Positions 29,424 through 38,452 of a stretch of 64,000 nt of DNA are shown here, piece by piece. The notes beneath the pieces were generated by a model, which was not told where the DNA came from, did not search any database, and worked only from the letters and a program-made list of their open reading frames with translations. The stretch lies in contig CBDDDZ010000004.1 of assembly GCA_965226795.1 (NCBI GenBank), positions 224,001 through 288,000 of the forward strand. Reading direction: 5' to 3'. Position 1 is the first letter of the stretch. Each line of letters starts with the position of its first letter. The position numbers were made by a program, and so were the translations under genes. This DNA is from Candidatus Latescibacterota bacterium (GTDB taxonomy: Bacteria > Latescibacterota > UBA2968 > GCA-2709665).

Positions 29424-30634
29424 GACGTCCCCATATTCGCGCCTAGTAGATGAGCGAGATGGCATTGAAAATCAATGTGCCAACCGACCCGTAGGTCATC
29501 GGATAACATGTGCAAGGAGCCGCGACTGACGAAAGGCTCAGTTACGTTGGGGCGGATTGGAAATAGCGTTTGTTCGGCCCATGCGAGAAGATTTCGGGCC
29601 GCGCCTTCTTTTGCGGTCTCGATCGCAGCCTCGCCGAGTTCATCACACATTGCATCGAATACGAGCTCCCACTCTTCTACAAGGCGCTTCTCATATTTGT
29701 GCAAATCCATATCGACCACTAGATCGTCACGCAACCAACGAGATCGTTGTTCGAATGCTCGGTAGTAGTCCCGAATGGCAGCTGCTATTCGGCGCCTTCC
29801 AGCTTTCGTAAGCTCGATCTGCCGGACAAATTTGTAATCCTCATGTGCTTCTCTCGTTGCCTCATCAAGCGAGAATTCTAAAAGATCATCATCTATAGGT
29901 AAAGCTTCTTGCTTAAACTGCTCACGAAGGTCCGACATCTGTGCTTCCAGTTCAATTGATCCGACACGGTCGGATGAAGCGTTCGCAAGTTGATGCAATA
30001 TTCGGTGGAACCACCAACCTTCCAGTCGCTGGAGAAATGCGAAATGGTGTTCCCTTCCCGCGGCCCAATAAACTTCCTGTTTAAGCTCGTTATCCAAATC
30101 TATGACGTTGGGAGCCGCATCAAACACAGTCACTCTACTCAAGATATCGATTTGTACGGATTGGTCGGAATCAAGAAAGACTTGGTAAGCCTTGGCATTC
30201 GCATTGTTCGTAGATGCTGTTGCTGTTGCTGTGAGTGTCTGCCGTGCGGCAGACACATCTCGCGGTCTAGCACGAAGATTCCAGGCCGCGCTTCCATCCG
30301 GTGCAGAAGAGGTGGTGACCAGATATAGATTAGTGCTCCCGGGAATTTTTCCTGACCGGTGACCCTCAAACCAGATGCGCAAGGTCTTCCATATATCTGG
30401 ACTGGCGTCGGTCAATGAGCCGACGCCCTTCTTGTGGTGTTTGGTCTGAAGCAGATCGGTAGGTTTGCCGCCCGTGGTTTCAAAGTTAACATCGTCGAGC
30501 GTCTCGATGCCAATCAAGAACCCGGGGTCCGTTTTTAGCCGTCTAAGCGTCCAGAACAATGCCAATCGGACTTGATAGAGATAGCCAAGCGTGGAATCGA
30601 CGGCGGAAAAATCGGATGTGCGTTTATCAGTCAC
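29420..30634 (-). CDS. lmuA: Lamassu LmuA effector: Cap4-like PD-(D/E)xK nuclease plus ABC-3C C-terminal domain
   Basis: SA..S.LGYLYQ, IETLDDV...LLQTKHH, DIWKTLRIW, F.QRLEGWW, FVRQIEL, RGSLHMLSD..VGWH. Confidence 0.82.
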   Translation of the reverse strand: MTDKRTSDFSAVDSTLGYLYQVRLALFWTLRRLKTDPGFLIGIETLDDVNFETTGGKPTDLLQTKHHKKGVGSLTDASPDIWKTLRIWFEGHRSGKIPGSTNLYLVTTSSAPDGSAAWNLRARPRDVSAARQTLTATATASTNNANAKAYQVFLDSDQSVQIDILSRVTVFDAAPNVIDLDNELKQEVYWAAGREHHFAFLQRLEGWWFHRILHQLANASSDRVGSIELEAQMSDLREQFKQEALPIDDDLLEFSLDEATREAHEDYKFVRQIELTKAGRRRIAAAIRDYYRAFEQRSRWLRDDLVVDMDLHKYEKRLVEEWELVFDAMCDELGEAAIETAKEGAARNLLAWAEQTLFPIRPNVTEPFVSRGSLHMLSDDLRVGWHIDFQCHLAHLLGANMGTS

Positions 30635-30744
30635 TGGAGTCTCGTAGGTTTTTCGGTCTATACCGCAAATGCCACTAAGAAACTTGAAGCAATAACGTCT
30701 GGGGTATTACTATAGAATTCAAACATTAATGCCTCATTTTGATT

Positions 30745-30757
30745 CTCTGTCAAGGGA
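30745..30757 (-). promoter_or_regulatory. Putative -35 element (TCCCTTGACAGAG) of the Lamassu promoter
   Basis: Minus-strand TTGACA, 17 bp spacer, ATTAAT, about 110 bp upstream of lmuA. Confidence 0.5.
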
Positions 30758-31021
30758 TTTAGTACAAGCACCGTTCGGGTGATGTCCCCAACGCATGTGC
30801 GGCCGGAAGGCTGCAGACAGCGTCCGATGCTTGCTGAGATCGACTCGTGGTCCGACAGATTCAGCTGGGATGTCTTCCACAATGATGCGTTAGCTTCACA
30901 GACGTTCGGTGCGGAAGAATCTTAATCACGATGCCTTGGTGCCGTCCGGTGCTGGGGTGATGGGGCTCTCAGGAGACGCTACAAAAAGATCCGGTCGCGG
31001 GTTTCCGTTTTCGGTTCTCGA

Positions 31022-31441
31022 TCAGGTCTCCGAATTCCTTCCGAAGATCTTGTCGATTAATGACCTCCGCGAAAGTCGTTCCACGGCATTTCGAGTGATG
31101 CGGATATCCGACGAAAGCTCGTCCACGACACCGAGCTTTTCATTGATTCGAGCGAGCGCTTCCTCAATTGCCTGGAGCCTTTCGTCGACCTGCAACGGTT
31201 CGGAGCGTTGTAAGAGTTCGACGGTATTCTGGAACACTGAAAGGGCGCTATTTAGCGATTCAATTGCGTTTCTCGCCACAGACGCGAGTTCCGATATATT
31301 GTCGTTGGCTTCCGTCAGCCCTCTTCCTGCGTTCGCGAGTGACTGCTGGAGCTCATCGAATTGCTCGAGCCGCCGGACGACCTCGGCGGCGCGGCATTCG
31401 GTTTCACTGAGCCGTTCCTGCAGATCTTCCAATATGTCCAT
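31022..31441 (-). CDS. Small coiled-coil hypothetical protein
   Basis: 139 aa with heptad pattern; ATG immediately follows the RecQ-like stop (TAAATG). Confidence 0.75.
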   Translation of the reverse strand: MDILEDLQERLSETECRAAEVVRRLEQFDELQQSLANAGRGLTEANDNISELASVARNAIESLNSALSVFQNTVELLQRSEPLQVDERLQAIEEALARINEKLGVVDELSSDIRITRNAVERLSRRSLIDKIFGRNSET

Positions 31442-34225
31442 TTACGCTCCCATTGCCTTTGCCACGCCGGACGCCTCATACTGCCGTGCGACCCGGTCAG
31501 AAACCATTTCCAACCGATTGAATACATTGCGAACGCTTCGCGTCGCAATCACGGCGCGGACCCGAGGGTCATCGAGTTCAACCGCGCGCTGAAATGCCCT
31601 TGTCTCCACGTATTCGAAACCCGGCGACGTATCAGCAAGGTCGAGCAGCGCGAGTGTGAGGGGCGGACCAAGATCCTGCGCACGGGTTGACGCGAGGTTG
31701 AACATCTCGTCAATCGTCGACTCGATATCTGCCTGCGAGATCTCGTACTTCTCCACACCGATGCGGATTGCCGCACCGATTCCCTGCGAACTGACAATCT
31801 CATCGTGATCCGAACACATGGACTCGGACAACGCGCGCGCCAATAGAAGGCCCGGGTGGTCCGGGTCGGATTCGAGCGCGCGAATGCACAGCCCACGAAG
31901 CTCTCCCGCGTCCATCGCTGACTGCACTTTGGAAACAAGATCCCACCACGCGGCCAACTCGACATTCTCACTCTGTAACAGGCTTTCGATGTGCTCGGCG
32001 CCAAAGCCCTCCTGGAGGTAGTCGAGCAGCCGCACCCGGATCTCCGCGTCGTCTCGCGCCTGACGGGCGAGCAGCAGGGCTTCGCGGATCATCCCCCGCC
32101 GCGACCGTTCCACGAGGTCGTAGGTAAATTCGATCAGTATGGCGGCAAGTTCAAGCGCCGCGTCGCGCGGCCGACCGGTGTCAATCCTGTTCACGCTTCG
32201 GACGAGCGACTTGCTCTTTCCGGGTTGCGCGGAGCGAACGTATTCAAGCAGACGTTCCTTGCAGCGGTTGAAGTCGAACGCGTCCACGTGAATCACAAAC
32301 CTACCCGATCCGAAGTCGACCTCATAGTCGTCAATCACGCCAAGCCTGAGCAGCCGGTAGACTGCTTTCTCCTCTCGGAGGCGGTTGCGGCCGTCTCCAT
32401 AGGGTCGTTCAATTCGCTTTCTCGAAGAGAGATCGCCCAGCGCATTCAAAAGATCGGATACATTATCGATTTCGCGCGCCGCTCCACTGAACGCCTGCAG
32501 GTGAAACCACAATGCCCGGGTAAGGTCATCCGCAGTTTGGCGATTTCCTTCAATTTCTTCAAACCTGCTGCGAAGGGCCTCGAGATCAAGGTCGGGATCA
32601 ATCAGTTCCCCGGAGCGATCCGGGTCGTATTCCGAAAACACGACCGTCGCGCGCGCGAGTTTTCGGTCTCGCCCCGCGCGGCCGGCCTCCTGGTAGAAGC
32701 TCTCGAGGGACATGGGCATTCCGAAATGCACGGTATATCGGATATTCGGTTTGTCGATCCCCATCCCGAATGCCTTTGTGGCAACGAGCACGGGCACGCG
32801 ATTAGCTTTGAAGTCGGCCGCGTTCTCGCGTTTCTGCGCATGCCATTTGTCGGCATCCAGGGACGCGGGCGGGTTGCCGGAGTATATGGTGACGTCCGCA
32901 CCCATTGCCTGCTCCACGATACTGCGTGCATCCTGCACGCCGTAGGTACGGGCCTTGACCGTGGGAACGAATACGATACCCGAAGCCGTTTCGGCGCCAG
33001 ACGACCGATAGAACTCCGCCCGTGGCAACCCGAATTTACCGGGCAATGCGTTCAGTACGCCCCGCAGTGCCGCCGAGGGTTCTTGGACCGGGGAGGTGCG
33101 TACGATTTCAAAGCGAATTTCGGAACGGTCGAACGACTCGGGGCGGATCAACGCGTCCGATCGGTTCCTGTCTATACCTAAATCGGCAAGCATATCCCGA
33201 AGGACCGCGCGCGAGGCGGTTCCGTTCAGGGCCAGGAGCGGCGGCGGACGAAATTCACGGTCCGCGCCGAGCCTCCTCAGGTTGTTCGCGAGATTCAGAT
33301 ACGCAGGCCGGAAGTCGTGCCCCCACTCCGATACGCAGTGCGCTTCATCGACGACTGCAAGGTTGATAAACGCACACTCCACAAGCGCACGGAGCGCCGT
33401 CCGAAATTTAGGCGACTGAAGCCGTTCGGGCGCATGAAGCACGAACAGGTACTCGCCTCGTTCCACCCGTCGGAGCAGACGCTCGCGCTCTTCGCGGTCG
33501 GCAAGTTGGCTGGTAATTGAAGCCGCCCGATCGATTCCGTAGGACCTCAGACCCTCGACCTGGTCTTCAATCAACGCAGTTATGGGATCGACCACCAGCG
33601 TTACGCCAGGCATCAGGAGCCCGGCGAGTTGGTAGATAATACTCTTGCCTCCGCCGGTCTGCAGCAGCACAACGCTGTCGTTCTGTCTCAGCACATTGAA
33701 GATGGCCTGCCCCTGCATCGGGCGAAAATCCCGTTTGCGAAATATGTTTCGGAGGAACATCCTGAGCGGCGCGCGAGCTTCTTCGTAGGTCGTCACCACC
33801 GCGGCCCGTCGGCGCAAGTCGAACGACTGCCCGGCCGCGATCAATGCCGGGATGTACACCGGGCGAATGACGAAATCCAGCCCTTTGCCACGGACGCATT
33901 GAAACGGGCTCGTTGTGGACTCGACGGCAATGGTCAACCGGTACACGGGTGCGTCGAAAACGGTGGTCTTCACCCACCGCCCGCCGCCGTCGCGCATCCA
34001 GGTCCTGACGAACCCGTTATCCGCGCGTACTGTACATCGGGTTGGGACCGAACAGCCGCCATACAGAATATCGATGCCTGCCAGTAACCGAAACGCGTCC
34101 AGCACGCCGGCAGCGGCAGTGGCGCCGTCCCCCCTGATATCGATCTCCCAGCTTTCGCCCGGCGTCAGCCACCCATACTCCAGCGCGCGGGCGACCACGA
34201 ACTGCACCCTGGCCCCCTGGCGCAA
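31442..34225 (-). CDS. RecQ-family SF2 helicase (C-terminal part of a frameshifted fusion)
   Basis: FRPMQ, TGGGKS, APERL, VVDEAHCVSEWGHDFRPAY, VATKAFGMGIDKPNIR, YQEAGRAGRD; long helical C-terminus with no evident HRDC. Confidence 0.9.
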   Translation of the reverse strand: MRQGARVQFVVARALEYGWLTPGESWEIDIRGDGATAAAGVLDAFRLLAGIDILYGGCSVPTRCTVRADNGFVRTWMRDGGGRWVKTTVFDAPVYRLTIAVESTTSPFQCVRGKGLDFVIRPVYIPALIAAGQSFDLRRRAAVVTTYEEARAPLRMFLRNIFRKRDFRPMQGQAIFNVLRQNDSVVLLQTGGGKSIIYQLAGLLMPGVTLVVDPITALIEDQVEGLRSYGIDRAASITSQLADREERERLLRRVERGEYLFVLHAPERLQSPKFRTALRALVECAFINLAVVDEAHCVSEWGHDFRPAYLNLANNLRRLGADREFRPPPLLALNGTASRAVLRDMLADLGIDRNRSDALIRPESFDRSEIRFEIVRTSPVQEPSAALRGVLNALPGKFGLPRAEFYRSSGAETASGIVFVPTVKARTYGVQDARSIVEQAMGADVTIYSGNPPASLDADKWHAQKRENAADFKANRVPVLVATKAFGMGIDKPNIRYTVHFGMPMSLESFYQEAGRAGRDRKLARATVVFSEYDPDRSGELIDPDLDLEALRSRFEEIEGNRQTADDLTRALWFHLQAFSGAAREIDNVSDLLNALGDLSSRKRIERPYGDGRNRLREEKAVYRLLRLGVIDDYEVDFGSGRFVIHVDAFDFNRCKERLLEYVRSAQPGKSKSLVRSVNRIDTGRPRDAALELAAILIEFTYDLVERSRRGMIREALLLARQARDDAEIRVRLLDYLQEGFGAEHIESLLQSENVELAAWWDLVSKVQSAMDAGELRGLCIRALESDPDHPGLLLARALSESMCSDHDEIVSSQGIGAAIRIGVEKYEISQADIESTIDEMFNLASTRAQDLGPPLTLALLDLADTSPGFEYVETRAFQRAVELDDPRVRAVIATRSVRNVFNRLEMVSDRVARQYEASGVAKAMGA

Positions 34226-35301
34226 TCAACGGCGAGCGACGCGAAAGCCCTCTCCTCGCCGGTAGCCCTGGCGAATACGGTGAGTACCCTTTGGCATCGA
34301 ACTCGAATCTTTTCGAGCATCGCTCCCCGGCCATTCAGCACTTCCGCGTTGGTGATGCGCAGAACGTCAATCCCGATTGAACGCAATGATTCATCGCGCG
34401 CTTTGTCCACCTCAATCGATCCTTCGTGTTCAGGACCGTCGATCTCTATGGCGAAAGGCGATCCACCGGGGTGGCTGAAGAGAAAGTCGACGCGACGGGC
34501 GCCGCTCCCGTATTCCCCTGCAGACTCGACCAGCCTGTCCAGCGGCGCCTGCGGGATAAACCAGTGGCCGGCTGCAGTCCCGAGCGCCGTGGGCACCCAT
34601 TGATTCAGAAACCAGGCTTCGGCCTGGCTCTGCAGCAGCGATTGGTCTGAACCGGGATCGAAGTCGAAAGCAGGGTCGAGAATGAAGGGGACTTTTTCGG
34701 TTAACTTCGAAAGGACGACTTCGTCTGTCAAACGCAGCGACGCACCGGGCTGTGGCGCCCAACCGACATCAGCGACATCCTCGCAGAATTCGCTTACCCG
34801 ATCCAGTAAACCGTGCGTGCGCAGCCCCTCGCGTTCAACATCCAGCGTCGCCAGGGGCGTATGGCCGCGACGCAGCAACTTGATAAGCAACGCGGTAGCG
34901 AAGCGGACGTGCTCAACCGCCTCTCCGCGCTCACGGCTTCTGGACGAGAGCACCACGCACTGGCTGAGGGCCCGTGTCAAACGCGCATTCTGGCCGAGCG
35001 TGTCTCTAAAGACTCCCGGCCTTGCGCCTACCGATACGTACTCGGGGATGAAATCCGCGCGGCGCACGCCTTCGATCCATTCCACCGGAAGCAAGGCGTC
35101 GGGTGACACGCGGGCCTTGCGGAAAGGTTCAGCCGGCTCCGATTTATCCCTAACATTCCGCGTACCTCGACACCTGGGAAATTTTGTACAGCCCCAGAAC
35201 TGCTCTCCTGGGTTTCGTCCTTTCTTCGCCGTGCGAAGCGCCATTGAGGCACCGCAGGACGGACACCGTGGTGATTCAGACTGGGAGATCGAACTGTTCA
35301 T
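34165..35301 (-). CDS. Topoisomerase-type C4 Zn-ribbon plus DUF559/Vsr-like endonuclease (N-terminal part of a frameshifted fusion)
   Basis: CPSCGASM...FWGCTKFPRCRG; RRVDFLF...AIEIDGPEH...DKARDESLRSIGIDVLRITN. Confidence 0.85.
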   Translation of the reverse strand: MNSSISQSESPRCPSCGASMALRTAKKGRNPGEQFWGCTKFPRCRGTRNVRDKSEPAEPFRKARVSPDALLPVEWIEGVRRADFIPEYVSVGARPGVFRDTLGQNARLTRALSQCVVLSSRSRERGEAVEHVRFATALLIKLLRRGHTPLATLDVEREGLRTHGLLDRVSEFCEDVADVGWAPQPGASLRLTDEVVLSKLTEKVPFILDPAFDFDPGSDQSLLQSQAEAWFLNQWVPTALGTAAGHWFIPQAPLDRLVESAGEYGSGARRVDFLFSHPGGSPFAIEIDGPEHEGSIEVDKARDESLRSIGIDVLRITNAEVLNGRGAMLEKIRVRCQRVLTVFARATGEERAFASLAVDCARGPGCSSWSPARWSMGG

Positions 35302-35340
35302 TTCAGTTTTCGTGCGGAGGCAACGGAATAGACCGGTGGA

Positions 35341-36009
35341 TCAATATCCGGGGACGTGTGTTTTCCCGCCGATCCAATCGATCATGGCGCCAAATGTTGG
35401 ACAATGCTCCGCGATGTCGTGAAGGTCTGCGTTTCTCAGGATGGCTTCGCCATCCGTAATTTCTCGATAGGATCGCTTGAGATGTCTCTTGAAGAGTTCT
35501 TCGACGATTCTCTTCGGTGGTCTTTCTTGATTCTGTTTTTCGGGCGGTCGTTGCCAGCTTCCGGGTTCGTTCGACATGTTTAGGCGGGACCGAAGTTGAC
35601 TCGTCGCCGCGAGGAGCAGCACTTCCATGTCATGTTTCATCGCGCTTGCATAAAATCGCGCTAAATGACTGTCCACATCGGCACCTCGCACACCTTGCCC
35701 TTCCAATCCGTTTCGTACAAGCCGGGTTTGCAAGTCGCGTAGATCTCTTACCCTTTCCTGCCTCTGTTCCGTATTTGCGAATTCTCGATTCGGGTAAAAA
35801 TCCGGTAAACCTACGGCCACATCGCATTCGTCGTGAACCAATTTCTCCGCTACTTTGTCCCCGATTTTCTTTAGATATTTCGGCTTGTTGTCAAGCGATA
35901 TTAATTTAACCCCCCAACCTTTGTCTCCAAGTTTTCGCCTCCACCCGCCCCACAACGCCTCCAATGCCCCAACGTCAGACCTCCCCTCCACAAACACCCA
36001 GACCTTCAT
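35341..36009 (-). CDS. DUF4276 / TOPRIM-like protein
   Basis: N-terminal VWVFVEGRSD (TOPRIM Glu), later D.YP, DMEVLLLA and PEKQN; ATGA overlap with the ATPase. Confidence 0.8.
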   Translation of the reverse strand: MKVWVFVEGRSDVGALEALWGGWRRKLGDKGWGVKLISLDNKPKYLKKIGDKVAEKLVHDECDVAVGLPDFYPNREFANTEQRQERVRDLRDLQTRLVRNGLEGQGVRGADVDSHLARFYASAMKHDMEVLLLAATSQLRSRLNMSNEPGSWQRPPEKQNQERPPKRIVEELFKRHLKRSYREITDGEAILRNADLHDIAEHCPTFGAMIDWIGGKTHVPGY

Positions 36010-37298
36010 GCGCCGGCCTCCAGTTCGCCGGAGCGGTGGAGATCGCCAAGGGTTTCGCCTGTAACATTGTTAAGCATCTCCACAAGCGTCTTCCGGTTCG
36101 CCGGACGATGCCATACGACCTTTGCATTATCCGAATCGCGAGCCATCACGGCTACATCGGCAATATCGAAACAGTTGAGCAGATCCGGGCTGTGCGTCGT
36201 CACCAGCACCTGGGTGCGCTCAGCTGCCGTCTTGATCAATTCAGCGACAATCGGCAACAGGCCGGGATGCAAGCCCAATTCGGGTTCGTCGATTGCAATT
36301 AGCAGCGGAGGCTGCGGATTCAACAGCGCTGTCGCCAGACAGAGAAACCGAAGCATACCGTCCGAAAGATCCCAGAGATTCATTGACCGCGACATTCCCT
36401 TTTCGCGCACCCCAACAAGCACTTGCGGCGGCGATCCAAAGGTCGTATCACAATGGATTTCCTCGAACGCGGGAAAGGCTGCACGCAGAAACTCCCGCAA
36501 TTCCTCTGCTGCCGACCGGTAGTCATACCGGGTCAGTATTTCGTGCAGCACGGTGCCCAAATTCTCAGCGTTCGGCGCCAGTATCGCATCGCGCTTGATT
36601 TCGGCGGCCTTAGTGCGGAGTTCGGAAGACCGTGTCACATCGAAACCGGGATAGAACGCCATATTCGCCAATCGAACGCGTACCATAGCTGGAACGGGAT
36701 AATCGTTAAAGAATTTGATCTCTGAAAGGAGCAACGCCTGCCCAAGCTGAGTAGGTTGCGGCGCACCGCCCTGCGATTTCGATTCTACGGAATCGGCCTC
36801 GCGGACGGCATCAGGTTCTGATTGCGATTCGTCAAACGGTACAAATCTACCTTTATTTCTGTCGAACAAGTGCCGCCGATAGGGAGTGGACTCCAGAAAC
36901 TTGAGGGGGTTGGCGTATCCCTTTCTAGGTCTTTGAGTCCTGAGAACCTCGTATTGCGGGCGGATCTGGCCGTATGGATCGGCCTTAAGTTCAACCTCGT
37001 ACACGAGGAGTTCCCCTCGCTCAACTAACACTACATCCCAACTTGCAGGTAGGCGAAAGGTGATTTTCCAAGTCAATGAATTGTTCTCGTTACGCGAGGT
37101 TAGAATGGACGCCGCTCCATAGTGCCAACCAAACACGGTATCCAGCGGAAAGCCGCAACATTCTGCGATCAGTTGATGACAATCAATCAGGGTACTCTTG
37201 CCAGTTGCATTTGCCCCGATCACAACGGTCAGTTGCTTGAGGTCCGCTTTGAAATCGTCGAGAAGCCGGTAACCTCCAATTTCGATTTCCGTAATCAT
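36006..37298 (-). CDS. ABC-type (AAA_21 / COG4637-like) ATPase
   Basis: Walker A GANATGKST, signature LSDGMLRFL, Walker B/D-loop IDEPELGLHP, H-loop VTTHSP. Confidence 0.92.
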   Translation of the reverse strand: MITEIEIGGYRLLDDFKADLKQLTVVIGANATGKSTLIDCHQLIAECCGFPLDTVFGWHYGAASILTSRNENNSLTWKITFRLPASWDVVLVERGELLVYEVELKADPYGQIRPQYEVLRTQRPRKGYANPLKFLESTPYRRHLFDRNKGRFVPFDESQSEPDAVREADSVESKSQGGAPQPTQLGQALLLSEIKFFNDYPVPAMVRVRLANMAFYPGFDVTRSSELRTKAAEIKRDAILAPNAENLGTVLHEILTRYDYRSAAEELREFLRAAFPAFEEIHCDTTFGSPPQVLVGVREKGMSRSMNLWDLSDGMLRFLCLATALLNPQPPLLIAIDEPELGLHPGLLPIVAELIKTAAERTQVLVTTHSPDLLNCFDIADVAVMARDSDNAKVVWHRPANRKTLVEMLNNVTGETLGDLHRSGELEAGA

Positions 37299-37433
37299 GC
37301 GATACGACCTTCCGCTCTAATTGTTCACAGCTATACTTGGCACAGTTCCGTCGGTCGAGTACCTAGCGCGAGGCTTTAGTACTAGATTTGCAGACCAGAG
37401 TACGGGCTTAATGCAATAAATGGACTTCAGACG

Positions 37434-37446
37434 CTCTGTCAAGGGA
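37434..37446 (-). promoter_or_regulatory. Putative -35 element (TCCCTTGACAGAG) upstream of the ATPase operon
   Basis: Same 13-mer as at 30745-30757, about 135 bp upstream of the ATPase start. Confidence 0.45.
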
Positions 37447-37528
37447 GATAACACAGGCAAGGATCGTGCCATGCAGGAAGAGCTTTCCACAGTTCCTGTG
37501 GAGGGCTCACCTCGGAGACGCGGCCGCT

Positions 37529-38266
37529 CTACTCGACCGCGAACAGCCGGTTGCGAGCCGGCAGGCCGACGATCTTCGAGAAGTGGTGAATCTGCAGATC
37601 TGGGTGGCGGGAATCGACGGGAGTTGGCGCTTCGACCACGAAATCGGCGAAGTGGGGGGTATTGAAGGCCACGAAGGCGAGCGAGAGGCAGTCGACCAGC
37701 CGATCTGCCCGCGCCGACAGGTCGGGAAAGGCCAGCGGGCCGGTGTCGACCTGGTAGCGGTCGTCCTCGCGGCGGGTGTTCATCGTCTTCACCGGACATT
37801 CGATCAGGGCCCTGAGTCCGGTTTCATCGTTGCGGATTTCGGTCTGCGAGACCAGCGGCGCGAAGCGATACGTTTCCTCGCGGATGGACGCGTTCGACGG
37901 CAACTCGCGAATGCTCTCGCCCTCGACGAGGTTGAGGTCGTAGCCACCGAACATCTCCGCGTACGGCCGCGTTTCCCGGTAGCGGGCGCTGAGATAGGCG
38001 GGACGCCGGAAGATGAGACCATACCTGGCGCTGAAGATCGGCAGGAAATCGTAGTTGTCACGTTGAAACAGATCCCTTTCATGGAAGGTGTTCTCGCTCT
38101 TGCAGGAGGCGGTCTGGTAGAAATCTTCGCAGATCCCCTCCCTTTCGTCCAAAATTCGGGTGCGCGACTCGATCCAGAAACGCGCCTCGTTGGTCCGCCC
38201 CTTCCCGATCAGGAACGAGCGGCCGTAGTCGAGCGGAGTCACGGTCAAAAGAGCAACGTCATTCAT
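37529..38266 (-). CDS. Conserved-looking hypothetical protein
   Basis: ATG at 38266 after GGAGG; PLDYGRSF, ASCKSENTF, IECPVKTMN, YQVDTGP; strong host-like codon bias. Confidence 0.75.
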   Translation of the reverse strand: MNDVALLTVTPLDYGRSFLIGKGRTNEARFWIESRTRILDEREGICEDFYQTASCKSENTFHERDLFQRDNYDFLPIFSARYGLIFRRPAYLSARYRETRPYAEMFGGYDLNLVEGESIRELPSNASIREETYRFAPLVSQTEIRNDETGLRALIECPVKTMNTRREDDRYQVDTGPLAFPDLSARADRLVDCLSLAFVAFNTPHFADFVVEAPTPVDSRHPDLQIHHFSKIVGLPARNRLFAVE

Positions 38267-38290
38267 TGGAAATCCTCCAGACGCGAAAAC

Positions 38291-38316
38291 AAAAAAGCCG
38301 TCGCACACTCGACGGT
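38291..38316 (-). terminator. Terminator or attenuator hairpin
   Basis: Minus strand CCGTCG-AGTGTG-CGACGG-C-T6. Confidence 0.55.
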
Positions 38317-38452
38317 TACCGATCCAAAACACAAAAACCCCGCACATCAAACGCTCCCGCAGGGTATCCCGAGGTTTAACCCCAATCCCTTGGAACTTCC
38401 TCTGTAGCTGCGATACTTTCGGTTAACCTAATAGCAGGTTCCGGCGGGCAAT

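Noticed and set aside
31991..33181. 396-aa plus-strand ORF in the defence island
   Set aside because: Antisense to the RecQ helicase core.
31442..34225. Calling this gene housekeeping recQ
   Set aside because: It lacks the evident RQC Zn-cysteines and HRDC, is fused to a nuclease and lies in a defence island, so the gene symbol was withheld.
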